From Moniliella sp. 'wahieum' (lineage: Eukaryota), in NCBI GenBank assembly GCA_003971905.1, contig RSEE01000139.1, positions 62,001-126,000 of the forward strand: a DNA stretch of 64,000 bases. Reading direction: 5' to 3'. The notes below the pieces were generated by a model, which was not told the DNA's origin, made no database searches, and was given only the letters and a program-made list of their open reading frames with translations. The translations under genes were made by a program, and so were the position numbers. Positions 1 to 10,997 of this stretch are shown here, one piece after another; the first letter of the stretch is position 1; every line of letters begins with the position of its first letter.

Positions 1-253
1 TGGATCCTGCTTCAGCCTATCGGTAGCGGTACCGGATCCATGAGGACATACGACGGAGATGAGGATACATATCGAGGGAGGGTATGCAAAAATGGAGTGG
101 AAGGGGAACAAGGCAGGCGAACAACAGCACTGGTGTAGCAAGGAGACGAGACCCGTCTGAACCCTCCCCCCCTTCTCCCTGAAGGCTTAGGCTTAGCGCG
201 AAGGGTGGGATGGGGGAATGGGGGTAGCCCACACAGTCTCTCAAATCTGGAGT

Positions 254-850
254 TTAGAGCAGATCGAAATCGTCCAGCTCATTTGTACTTGGCAATGGTG
301 CGCTTGATGTGCGAGGTGTCGAGCCAGGTGACAAAGTCTTGGCGGTTGCGCGTGACGAGGTAGGCGGGATCGGTGATGGTATCCGGTCCCACCCGCACAT
401 GCCCGCCTTGGACGTACTGCGTTGCTTGGCTCACCGTGTCGGCCATCTTGAGGCGAACCATGATGACGGGCAAGCGGCGGCGGGCAAAAGAAGATACGGT
501 AACCTTTTCCATAATGTCACTTGGTTTCTCCGCCGTGGAGAGGAGACCCATATCGTACAACTTGGCCAGCAGTTGTTGTTCGTGCTTGGTGCGGAACGAG
601 TCTTGGGCTGGCAGCGTGCCGAGACGGAGAACAAGGTGGCGGATCTGGCCTACCAAACGATTGTAGGTGGCATACTCTTCCCGCCCAGAAAGCTGGTAGC
701 GCTTGATGATCTTGACCTGCCGCACGTTGTCCTCGCCTTTCCATTCCAGAAAGTCGTGCCTGGAGGGTGGTGCGTCAGGACACACGGACAGAAACGCAGA
801 GGAGAATAACGTACTTCTTGAGCAGCTTCATGGTGTTTGAGTTTACGCAT
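254..850 (-). CDS. IMP3: U3 snoRNP protein Imp3 (S4 domain), 2 exons
   Basis: MRKLKHHE..LLK(intron 760-814, GTACGT..CAG)HDFLEWK...VTVSSFARRRLPVIMVRLKMA..GHVRVGPDTITDPAYLVTR..FVTW..ELDDFDLL*; two apparent indels. Confidence 0.93.
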
Positions 851-1140
851 CGTGGGGCGGAGGCGCGAGACGGGTGGTGGTGGCGGGAGCGGGGGGGGGA
901 GCGGGTCGCGGGTGAGCCAGGGGATGTGGCCCCCCAGCTGAGGCTCTCCCAGCAGGTGTATTTTTTTTTGCTGAAATCAATATCAGGGCCAGACCCGATC
1001 CGCCTTTCCGCCCGCTCGGTTCCGCTCCGCGCGACACTTTTTTCTCTTCTTCGTCTCTTCGCGCTGTCGGCCCAGCTTGGCGTTGCCCTACCACCACCAC
1101 CCACCTCCATCCTACCAGGTACGTTGCTCGCTTCCCTCCT

Positions 1141-1237
1141 GGGAGAGGATGACAATACCTCATTGCTCTAGGCCTGGCCTTTCTACCAAAGGGCTGGGAC
1201 TCGATGACCCGAGATTTGTCATAGTTACCCTGATCCT
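1141..1237 (+). ncRNA. Intronic box C/D snoRNA, snR63/SNORD46(U46)-like guide for LSU helix 69 Am (yeast A2256)
   Basis: C-like AGGATGA 1146-1152, C'-like CGATGA ~1202, guide GTCATAGTTAC 1218-1228 antisense to conserved LSU GTAACTATGAC, D box CTGA 1230-1233, short terminal stem; lies in intron GTACGT 1119..CTGAC..TGCAG 1290. Confidence 0.8.
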
Positions 1238-1319
1238 TCTCATCCTCGTCGATGGCCTCCAAACTGACATCTCGTTTGTGGCTTGTGCAGATTCAAGGAA
1301 CTTGAGCCGGAATTGGGTA

Positions 1320-1760
1320 TACCTTGTCGCATGGGGCCAAGTCAAGGTGGCGGTATTTCCTCCGACGGGTTTCTATATGCTGAACGCATGGGCTTTTTCG
1401 TGACAGAGCTGTGGGCGCCATGCGACCCCTTCGGATAGGTACGTCCACTCGGCTACTGACACTTACGACAATTTCATGGGCATCCCCACGCTCTTAACGG
1501 GTGCATGCATAATGAGAGATCAGTTGTGTCCTCTTAGTCCTTGTGCGGTTCCAGCCGAAGTCGATGGGGCACGTCAGCGGCAGTTTTGTTTTATTAATCA
1601 GCCCGGAGTAACCCTGCCATAGAAAGGTTTTGCCGTGGGCCGAGAGGGCGGATAATCGACTATCAACGATCATCTTGCTCGCCCCACCCTCTCGACAACG
1701 AGACATCCCCATTGACTATGCCATGCATACTCAAGTGGACGATGTGGTTGAACGCTGAAC
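1320..1760 (+). ncRNA. Candidate structured non-coding RNA(s) in the snoRNA host transcript
   Basis: Nested inverted repeats (GTCGCATGG/CCATGCGAC; GGGTGCATGCATA/TATGCCATGCATACTC; GATGGGG..GTC/GACATCCCCATT; GAGAGGG/CCCTCTC); no convincing ORF. Confidence 0.4.
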
Positions 1761-1877
1761 AGGTTCGTTCTCTGTTTGTGCTCATTAATCATTGGCCATT
1801 GCGCTCCTTTTGTCTTGGCACTACTTTATCCCTCTTCCTGGCAGAATGACATGTGAGAAGAGAAAATGTATGTCAGT

Positions 1878-3177
1878 CTAGACGGGACAGAACGCCAAGT
1901 AGGCCGCCAACGTTGCTGAAGGCCCCAAGACCAAGGTCACAGCCAATGTGAGGGGAAGGCTGAGCATAAGGGGCGTATCGAGCTCCCATGCGATCCACAA
2001 GGGCGTGCTGAGCGCAATGCCACGTGGTCCAAGCCGATGGATGCACGGGCAGGATGCGACCACAGGGTTTCCCACAGCCGGTCCCAGAGAGGCAGCGAGC
2101 TCGCCTCGTACACCGCTTGGGTCGCCTTAGCTCGTACAAGAGAGCGCAGCGAGGGTGAGCAGGAGGTAGGTCGCGCGCGCCCTGCGGATTTGTCGAGAGG
2201 AGCGTCGGCTGAGGCGGCCCAGAGAGGAGAGAGGAGAGAGAGAGAAGCAGCGGGCCCAATGCATAATCAAGATAGACCCCAGTTCGATGGGTGGGCATAG
2301 ACGACTGCCATCCCCAATGGAACGGCAATGCAAGTGAGCCACCATCCTTTCCACTGAACCCCCTAACCCTTTGTGCGGTTTGCCTGCTCCTCTTTCCCAG
2401 TGGAGCGAGGTGGGTCAGGGCCGAACCAGCAGCGGCGGCACGCAGAAACAGGTTGTTGGCCACTGAGATGGCCACCAGCTGGCCCGTGAGCATGTACACC
2501 CATAGCCCTGGACCTGGTAGCGGCCAGCGAGACGACGCATAAACAGGGGCCAGACACCAACGGTGAAGAGACAGATTTCAGCCGACCACCACCAACTGGG
2601 GGGGTGGCGACGACAGTCAGCCACGCCTGTTCGAACAGCCCGTGGCCTTAAGCCAAGCATGCAGCTGCGCTACATGAGCGGCAAGCGCGTCACATGGCAC
2701 CCGACCCAGCCCTCTGCCTCTTCCGTACACGAGGCTAGGGTCCAGATTGGTTCAGCGCGCCTCGGCTTGCTGTGCCCCAAAGGTGCGGTAGGACCAGGCG
2801 AGGAAGGCGAACATCTGGCTCCAGGTCCCCAAGAGGCTCAGGACGGGGAAAGCGAGGTCCACAGCACAGTGGCACGCGTGGGAGCAGCGGGAGCGCGAGC
2901 CAAGGAGCGGACAAGCAGGAGAGCGACGACAAAGGGGTACGTGACGAGGATGAGGATGGGGATGCTGGTCAACGTCCAGGCCAGTGCGAGGAGCACCGCA
3001 CAAAGCGTCTGCCCCCCGTCGGAAGAGGGAGGCACTGCGCCTCCGATCCGGTCAAGGAGGATCTCGAGATGGAGATGGTCCATTTGGCAACGCCGCAAGC
3101 CAAGCCACGAGGAGGAGGGTGGAGCAGTGCAGGAGGAGGCACGACAACTTGCTTATTGTCTTCCAGGATCCATCCAT
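1878..3177 (-). CDS. Uncharacterised multi-pass membrane protein (frameshifted)
   Basis: Successive hydrophobic segments across frames: LLALAWTLTSIPILILVTYPF, WSQMFAFLAWSY, WWWSAEICLFTVGVWPLF, YMLTGQLVAISVANNLFL, LTLAVTLVLGPSATLAAYL. Confidence 0.65.
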
Positions 3178-3325
3178 TGGCAATTTAAGAGCGTGGTTCC
3201 GTGTCCACGCTTCGCTCGGCTGCGGATTTAATTAGGGCGGACAGAGATCGCGCTCACCGCTCGCACGCACGCCGTGTCATCTCACCCAACCCCAACCCCT
3301 CCAGCTCTCGTCGTCGCTGGTGACG

Positions 3326-3878
3326 ATGCACCGCTCGCTGCTGTTTCTGGGTGTGCTGTTCTCGGGCGCCCTGTTGGCCCGTGTGCTACCCCCGGAACGG
3401 CCCACGCCTCGCTTGCCCACCCCGGTCCGAGAGCTCCGCAGCTGTCGTCCCGCCTGCCTCCGCCACCCCTCCCACCGCCGCCCACACATCGCCCAAGACC
3501 ATCGGCGACTTGCGGAGGAAACGGCAGCGAGGCAAGAACGGCCGTGCACGCAGGAGAACCAGTGGGCTAGACCCCATCGCGGCTGGCCGTGCGCTGCTTG
3601 CCCTAGCTGCCCGACCCGACGCCGACTTGCAAGCTTGGTACGGCTGGCGCGGACGGCTGGCACGCCAGGCGCGCAGACTCCTGGGTTGGCCCCAGGAAAC
3701 TGAGCAGTTGCTGGTCTACATGTCCTACCCTCCCGAGTACCATAAGCGAGCGAAGCGCGACCTTGCTTCCTCTTCCGCTGCATCTCGCCACTCTTCCCCC
3801 TCGTCTTCCCCCCCGCCCCCTGGCGAGGACAGATCCCCGCTTGAGCACGCTGGGACCCTGCCGCACCCCGACCTTTGA
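3326..3878 (+). CDS. Putative small secreted protein
   Basis: Signal-peptide-like MHRSLLFLGVLFSGALLA; later KRAKR dibasic sites; frameshifted. Confidence 0.4.
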
Positions 3879-4026
3879 TATTCGGTCTATCAAGTAGGTG
3901 GGGTTGTGCAAGTCACTGCATGCCGAGGCCGCTGCGGGTCCTTCTACGAAATGATGCAATAGAACGAAATGATGCAATAGAGAAGTAATGAACCTTCTTC
4001 TCTAGGTTGCATCCGATTGAGCAGAT

Positions 4027-5138
4027 TACTGAGGAAAGGGCTGTATCAACAAAATATCGCTCCCAATCTGCGGCGATAAGAACGATTCGCGCACACAGTA
4101 TAGCTTGTTCATAAGAAAAAGTTGCGTCTCCATACGGACATTTGGGTTACCACTCGAACTCCGCTCCCGACGCCTCTGCCTCCGAGGACTGGGCCGTTGC
4201 TGGGGTGGAAAGGCCGCCTCCAGTCAAGGCGGCCTTCTCTTCATCCTCGTCGTCCGTAGGACTTGGAGATGGCTGGACAGCATGCTTGATGTACACCATA
4301 TTCTGCCCATCGCCCACATTGTCAATCCCCCCCGTCCCAGACGTCCGCGCCCTTGAGCATGATATTCTTCAGCGAGCGCTGTTTCAGTGTGGGCCGAGGC
4401 TTAATTACTTGCAGTCGCGCCTGGTTGGCCGAGGCAAACATGTATCGGTGCCGACAGCAAGATGCAGTCGCGCTGGTTGTAGGCGGTGACGACCTGCCGC
4501 CCCTCGAGCTGCGCGACGGGGGGGGAGAGCGATTGAAGCAACTGCCCACTGAGTGGCCACTCGGGGTAGTAAAGTTGTTGAGGATCAGCTCAGGTGTGTA
4601 GCTCGCCGAGATACCACGGTCGGCCAGAGTTCCTTCCAGAGCTGCAGTCCGGTGAGACGGAAGAACGCTGTAGGACCCTGAGGCAGCTATAGATGGCAGT
4701 CAAGGAGGCAGGTGCCTTGGTACGGCAGTCCTCCCGCGCCTCCAACATCGCATTGGACCCACGTTTGCTTGCCCATCCAGCAATTGGTCCAGACCATAAT
4801 CCCTTGGGCCTTGTCGCGGGGCGGTATTCAGCTTCCGGGATGAGTGATTAAGCAGGTCGCCAAGTAGCAAACATCCTCGTACGCTCGTAGGGACGCGCAG
4901 GGTTGTTGAGCGAAGGCACATAGGGCATAATCGAATTGATGGTCTGGCGCGGGCACTGGCCTGGCCTTTGCAGGCTAGTGTTGGAGCAGCTCAGGGCCAG
5001 AGTGAGTGTTTGGAGTGTTGATAATGGTGGGGCTGCAAGTGCGGGTATTTTCAATGGTACGTGGGATGTTGGTGGCCAGACGGTGGGTTCAGAGCTGTTT
5101 GTCCTCTTTCTCCGCCTAGCCGCTCGGCCCGGGGACAT
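4027..5138 (-). CDS. Hypothetical protein (frameshifted)
   Basis: Protein-like segments across frames (QQLYYPEWPLSGQLLQSL; KNIMLKGADVWDG; METQLFLMNKLYCVRESFLSPQIGSDILLIQPFPQ*); family not recognised. Confidence 0.4.
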
Positions 5139-5348
5139 GCTCGACCTTGTCGGCGGCCATGGCGGCGCGGGGCCGAGGGGAGCAAGAGGGAGTGGTGGTG
5201 GTTGCCCGCCCCCAATGCGGGCCCCCCATCGGGGTCGATTGGCCCTGGCCACGTGACCTACAACGTGATCACGTGGTCAAGGTGGCACATCCGGGGATGG
5301 ATCGGTGCAACCAAAAATTTCCGGCAGGCGGGGGTGAAAGTTGCAAGA

Positions 5349-8300
5349 ATGGCGGGCAGCAAAGACAAAAAAGTGGCTCCCAGCAACAAGAGCCAGTCAG
5401 CACACACGCAAGTCCTGGCGGGGCGGACTGGTCGTCGCAGCTGGCAAAGCACTCTGCTTCCTTGCCCCCCCTCCCGCCTCCACCTCCCCGATGGCCTTCG
5501 ACCACAAACGCCACGGCCTGCAGCTGCCGGCCGCACTGGCCCAGCAGCTGGGGCTGCCTGAGCGCGACGAAGCGGACGCGTCCTCTGCGCGCGGACGCCA
5601 TCCCCGCGGACGTGGCGGGGGCGTCCTGGGCCGCAAGGAGGCTCGCAAGGCTGCTCGCCAGGCCAAAAAGCAGAGCCGCCACCCCCCCGTCCACGAACCC
5701 AGCCGCGCTAGTCGCGGCGGCAGTACGCATCCTGCCTCGCGCCGCGCCTCGCTTCCCGGTTCATCTGCCCACCCCGCCACCCAGCCCGAGCGAACGGCCA
5801 AGGGAAAATCTAGCCATGCGCCCCAGTCCAATCCCAAGTCGACACCTCCAAAGCAGGTGCCGTCTGCCTCCGCCTCCACTTCCGTTGCTGTCCCTACAAA
5901 GGAGAAAACGAAGCGCAAGAAACACGCCACCCATCCGCTCAGCGAAGATGAGGCCCCACCAAAGAAGAAAAGATGAAGGCGCTCGAGGCTCCGGAGGAGC
6001 CCCAACCCAGCGGCAACAAGGCATCTCATACGCCAAGTGCCGAAGAAGAAAAGGCTGGCGAGCGCGAGCGCTCCCCAAACGTCCAGAAAGATCAGCAAGA
6101 GTACGGTGACGCCCCTCCAACGGCTTTTGAATAAGGCTGGCGTGGCTTCATCGGGCACACAGCGCAACCCAACCGAGCCAGTCCGGCATCCCAAACGGCC
6201 AATGTCCAAGGTCGAGAAGATGAAGAGGACGAGATTGCCTGGCTCGAATATAAGTTGGGCAAGGGGCGAGGAAAGGGTGCCGATGACGATGGCTTGGATG
6301 ACTTGCTCGAGGACCTGGACCGCTTCTACCCCGGTATGTACGATACCAAGGAAGATGGACCCGCTGAATCTGTCGATGGGGCTAGCGATGCCGACAGTTT
6401 CTACGGATTTGACTCGGAGGGCGAGAGCGCTTCGGCTTCCGCTTCCGATCTAGACCAGGCCGACTCGGATGAAGAGGGAGACGCTCAAGTAGAGCAAGAA
6501 GAGAGCAGCACTTCTTCCGATGTCGAAATGGAGAGCCAGCACACGACAGCATCCAATCCAGTTCCTCGTGCAGAAGCTCCTACACCCGCTCTGCTGCTCC
6601 AGCTTCTAGTGGCAAGTACATCCCCCCCGCTCTTCGGCGTCTTCAAGCAGCCAAGGAAGCCCAACCGAGCATGGTTCCATCCTCTGTGTCGGCCTATGAC
6701 GATCCGGCCAATTTGAACCTGCGTCGACAACTCAAGGGCCAACTCAACCGATTGGGCGAAGGGAACCTGGACGGGGTCTTGACCACGCTTGAGTCTATCT
6801 TCTCCACCAATTCGCGTGCCGTGGTAACCCAGATTCTTTCCCGTCTGCTACTTGATGCAGTGGTCTACGCTGCGCGGGCTACGGATCAGTTTATCATCTT
6901 GAACGCTGCCCTTGTCTCCGCCTTGCACCGCACGATAGGCATTGAGTTTGGGGCCTCGTTCGTGGCTGAATTGGTCGACGAACTGGTGGGCGCATACGAT
7001 GCTGCGCAAAAGGCCCAGACGGCGGCTGTGCAACAGGTTCAACAAGAGGGGCGGACGATGCTTCCGTCGGACGAAGGGGGGCTGGAAGGGGGCGAACCCT
7101 TACCCCCCCAAGCGATGGAGACGATGCAAGTTGTAGACCCTCTACAAGAGGCCAACAGCAAGAAAGCCATCAATCTCGTCTCGCTTCTCTGCGAGCTGTA
7201 CAACTTACAAACCATCTCGTGTCTGCTCGTGTACGACTTGGTTCGCCACTTTACCAGCCCAGCTCTTTCCCCGCGGCTGGGCTTAGTGAATTGAGTGTGG
7301 AGCTTCTGCTTCGAATTGTGCGCCTCTGTGGCGCCCAGCTGCGGAGCGACGATCCTTCTAGTCTACGGGACATTGTCGACTTTGTCCAGGAAAAGGCCGT
7401 ACCGACAGCCGTGACCAAGACGACATCGACTGGAATTCCTATTCCTCAACAAGCAGCTGCCGCGCCACCCCCCCTCTCGTCCCGGTCCAAGTTTATGCTT
7501 GAGCGTCTGGCGGACTTGCGGTCGGGCCGAGCGCAGCGCCAAGGCGCTGGCGGGCCCAGTGACACGTTGACCCGAATGAAAAAGTTCATCTCGGGACTGG
7601 GCAAGAAACGGGCGTTGCGGACGTACGATGCGATCCGGGTGACACTCAAGGACCTGCAAGATGCCGATCGCAAGGGACGCTGGTGGCTTGTTGGTGCAGC
7701 TTGGACCGGGCACGGTGGTGAGGGAGAAGACGCAGAGGGCGTGACGGCGGCGCGGCCCTTGACTGTGCGCAAGGAGGAGGACGAGTCGGAGGCGCAGATG
7801 GACGACGAGGAAAGCCAGAAACACAAGGCGTTGGTGGCTTACGCTCGGTCCCATGGTTTGGGCACAGCAGTACGCCAAGGTATCTTTGTCACGATCATGA
7901 CCAGTGCAGACTTTGTGGATGCGGCCACGCGGCTGCAAGCGCTCCGGCTCAACGAGGTACAGCGACGCGAGATTGTGCGCGTGTTGGTGCGCTGCATGCA
8001 GATTGACGAGACGTACAACCCTTACTTTGCGCTGATTGGTTTCCAGCTGGCCGGACCCCATGTGGGTGACCCGGCGCGGGCGGTGCGGTTTACCATGCAG
8101 TACGTGCTGTGGGACTTTATGCGTGCCACGCTGGGCCAGACCGGCGTGGCGGGCAAGTCGCGGGCCGAGGCGGAGGAGGAGGACATGGAAGGCGATGCCG
8201 AGGTGGACGAGAAGAGGATCGCGAATGTGGCCAGGGGTACGCGTGGTGGATTGCCAAGGGCGCGCTGACGCTCAATGTGCTCAAGGTACGTCGAGGCGGC

Positions 8301-8709
8301 GAGGGAGGGCGGGTGCTGGGCAGAGGATGGGAGGACGAGGGGATGGAAGACTGACTGACACGGACGGATGGACAGACGATCGACTTTGTGTCGCTGCGTC
8401 CCAAGGCGCGGTTCTTCCTGCAGCACCTGCTGGTCAACACGCTGCTGTCGACGCAGACGCGCTCGCCCAGCCTGGGCGCAGCGACGATGGGCGAGGCGGA
8501 CAGGGAGACGCTGGAGCGGGTGCTGGTGCAGGGCACGGTGGGCAACCTGGAGCTGACGCGGGGGCTGCTGGTGTTCACCAAGACGCATCTGGGGGCGCGG
8601 CAGCAGCAGAAGATGGCGGGTGGGGACGGGGCTGGCGAAGCGCCTGGAGTGGGTGCTGGGCGTGGCGAGGGAGACGCTGCAGGTGGGCGCGTCGCTGGGG
8701 AGTGTGTAG
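5349..8709 (+). CDS. SGD1: Nucleolar MIF4G + MA3 domain protein Sgd1/NOM1
   Basis: LRRQLKGQLNRLGEGNL (MIF4G start), ELSVELLLRIVRLCGAQLRSDDP, GRWWLVGAAW, RQGIFVTIMTSADFVDA..QRREIVRVL..YNPYF (MA3); intron 8286-8375. Confidence 0.9.
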
Positions 8710-9008
8710 GCAACTTGTGTATATGCGTCCGGCAGGACTTGTGTATCTGTCCAGCCTTAAGCCGCCTCTTCTCTCTGCCGAGCGACCGACAGGATCAATT
8801 AATTAATTGCACTCTGGCCGATGCCGTAAGGCGCAGTAGCCATAGCCATTAGCCACTGGTATCCGTTTCAATTCCCAATGGGCATCGCTGCTCTCCGTTT
8901 CAATTCCCATCGGCCCAGCACTTCTCATTCCGCCCCGCGGAACCCGTTTTCTTCCGGCACGGCCTGCCTCGTTCGTGGCTCGCCTCGCTTGGCTGCTCCC
9001 CAACGACG

Positions 9009-9960
9009 ATGCTGACGGCGGTGCGGACGGTGGCCAGGACGTGCTTTGCCGCACGCCCGGCGCTCTCCCTCGCACGCACCCTGCACCACTCGGCGCCTGT
9101 GCACAAAGCAAGGTCGAAGCCGAGTTTGAGCGTCTCGCCGACCCGAGCAAGGCGCCGCGCGACCTCCGCTTTGCCATCCCGCCCGGCCGCAAGTTCGTCA
9201 CCGTCGACTCGGTCCCCCGCCGATCGCGCAACATCCCCGATGGCTGGGTGCGCGACCCCGAGACCGGCAGGGTGTCCAAGTCCAAGGTCGAGCGCACCCC
9301 CGAGGAGCAGGCGGCGTACGAGGCGAAAAGCTCCACGCCGCCAGCACCCGCCCGTGTCGACGCACCAAGTCTTCCTTGGCCCCAACCTCAACCCTTACTT
9401 GCCTTCCCGTACGCCCCAGGGTCTCTTCCGTCCCCCGCTCTACTCGGCCATGACCCAGGCTCGCAAGATCAAGAAGGCCTACGCGAGGGCAAGGACTTGG
9501 AACTGCCGCCGTCGCCCAAGAAGACCAAGTACCAAGCCCGAGTGAATTGGTGGAAAGAGCAGCGCATTCGCGAAGCCAATTTCGACCCGGTCTTTGACGC
9601 CGCTTTCAACACGGCCTTTTCCGAAGCTGCACGCAACCTATCGGCAGACCAGGACGCCGTGTTCGCCTACCAGTGCGCCAAGATCATGATGCAGGACCAA
9701 GGCTCCTATGCCGGCCGCCGTATCTTCTGGAAGGGCAACAAGCGCGTCAAGCGCGCCCTCAAGCGCCGTGAGATCATCGCCGAACGTCTCAAGGCCATGC
9801 CGGACATCATCAAGGAGTACAAGGAGGTACGTCCCCTTTCTTTCCTCTCCCTTCCTTACCTTGCTGCTTGCGTACGAGCGAAAGACTGATATGGTACCTT
9901 TCCCCTCTACAGGAATCGAGAGAGAAGCGGGCCCGGGCTACCAGCCAGATTCCGTTCTAA
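9009..9960 (+). CDS. MRPL25: Mitochondrial ribosomal protein mL59 (MRPL25)
   Basis: Mitochondrial presequence; NPYLP..FRPPLYS..Q..KKA; YAGRRIFWKGNK..R..I.ERLKAMPDII.EY; intron 9827-9912; ends IPF*. Confidence 0.8.
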
Positions 9961-10211
9961 AAGGGAACCATGTCTTTGCCTTTGTGCTATGCGAGGGTTT
10001 GCTATGGCATGCCCCCATTGGAATGGGAATCAAAGAGGATGAGGAGGTGGTCACGTAGATGGGTCCCATGGTTATCCTCCCCCCCGCCCTCGCTCCCACC
10101 ACCAAAGGCTAGATTGGTACCGCTTATGGTGGTGAGTGACAGATGCTAGTAGGTCATTGGTCAGGAGAGCCAGTAGGAGACAAAACAATCGTGCTATCGA
10201 TGACTTGGCGC

Positions 10212-10897
10212 TTACCTGCTCGCAAGTGGGGGGCAGGGCACAGGACAGACGGAGCAGAGGTTGTGCAGGCGGGTTGACGCCTTGACGGCGGGTTCTACTT
10301 GGACCGCGCGAACTTGCCCATCTTCAGTAGCATATTCAGTACTAGCATAGGGTGCTAAAGCTGTGTCTGTATTTGCCCACAGAGCCTTCAAACAGGACAA
10401 AAACGCGCCGTTCCAGGCGCCTCCCCTCCCGCTTGGTAATGAGGAGTTGTCGGAGCGCTCCCGAGCAAATCATAATCGGCCCCAAACCGCGAAGCGCTGG
10501 CCTCGCCCCTTGTCGAATCGCAGAGCCCGTCGCGACGCTCCTCTTTAGCGGGACAACATTCCCTCCTGGATCGGTCCGTCAGTCTGGCGCAACATGAACG
10601 GCTCCAGTCGTCTCGCCATCAGCTCGGGTGGCAACCCCGAGCCCGTTCGGACACACTGTGACGCTTCGGAGCCGGAGAGAAGAAAGCTCCCAGGGAGGCG
10701 GAGCAAGTGGGCGGCCTGCTCGCCTCCAAGACATGCGCGTCGTATAGCACTTGTTTTGCAGAGGGGAATGGTGCAACTGGGCGCCTAAGCCTCCTCGTCA
10801 GTCGTGACATGTGACAGTCCGCAAAGGGTTGAAGGGCCGGGCCGGGTTTGGTGGTGGATATGGAAGCTAAAAGAGCGATAGTAGCGAAAGAGACCAT
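10212..10897 (-). CDS. Possible small secreted protein
   Basis: MVSFATIALLAS signal-like start and several Cys downstream across frames; structure unresolved. Confidence 0.25.
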
Positions 10898-10997
10898 GCG
10901 AGGGCGACTACGACAGAATCGAGGCTTCTACCATCGCCACCCTTGCGTACTGGCTTTGCTTGTTTTTTTCTTTCGTTCTTTGGTGCGTTTGTAGGTG

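Noticed and set aside
1597..1618. TAACCCT as a telomerase RNA template
   Set aside because: Only 7 nt, short of a 1.5-repeat template; no pseudoknot I can support.
1231..1766. Scattered matches antisense to the 18S 3' end (TGATCCTTC, ACCTTGT, TTACGAC, CAGGTTC) suggesting snR45/U13
   Set aside because: Short, dispersed over 500 nt and not framed by C/D boxes in the expected order.
5249..5322. Paired CACGTG boxes and RRPE-like AAAAATTT upstream of SGD1
   Set aside because: Plausible but too short to support without conservation data.
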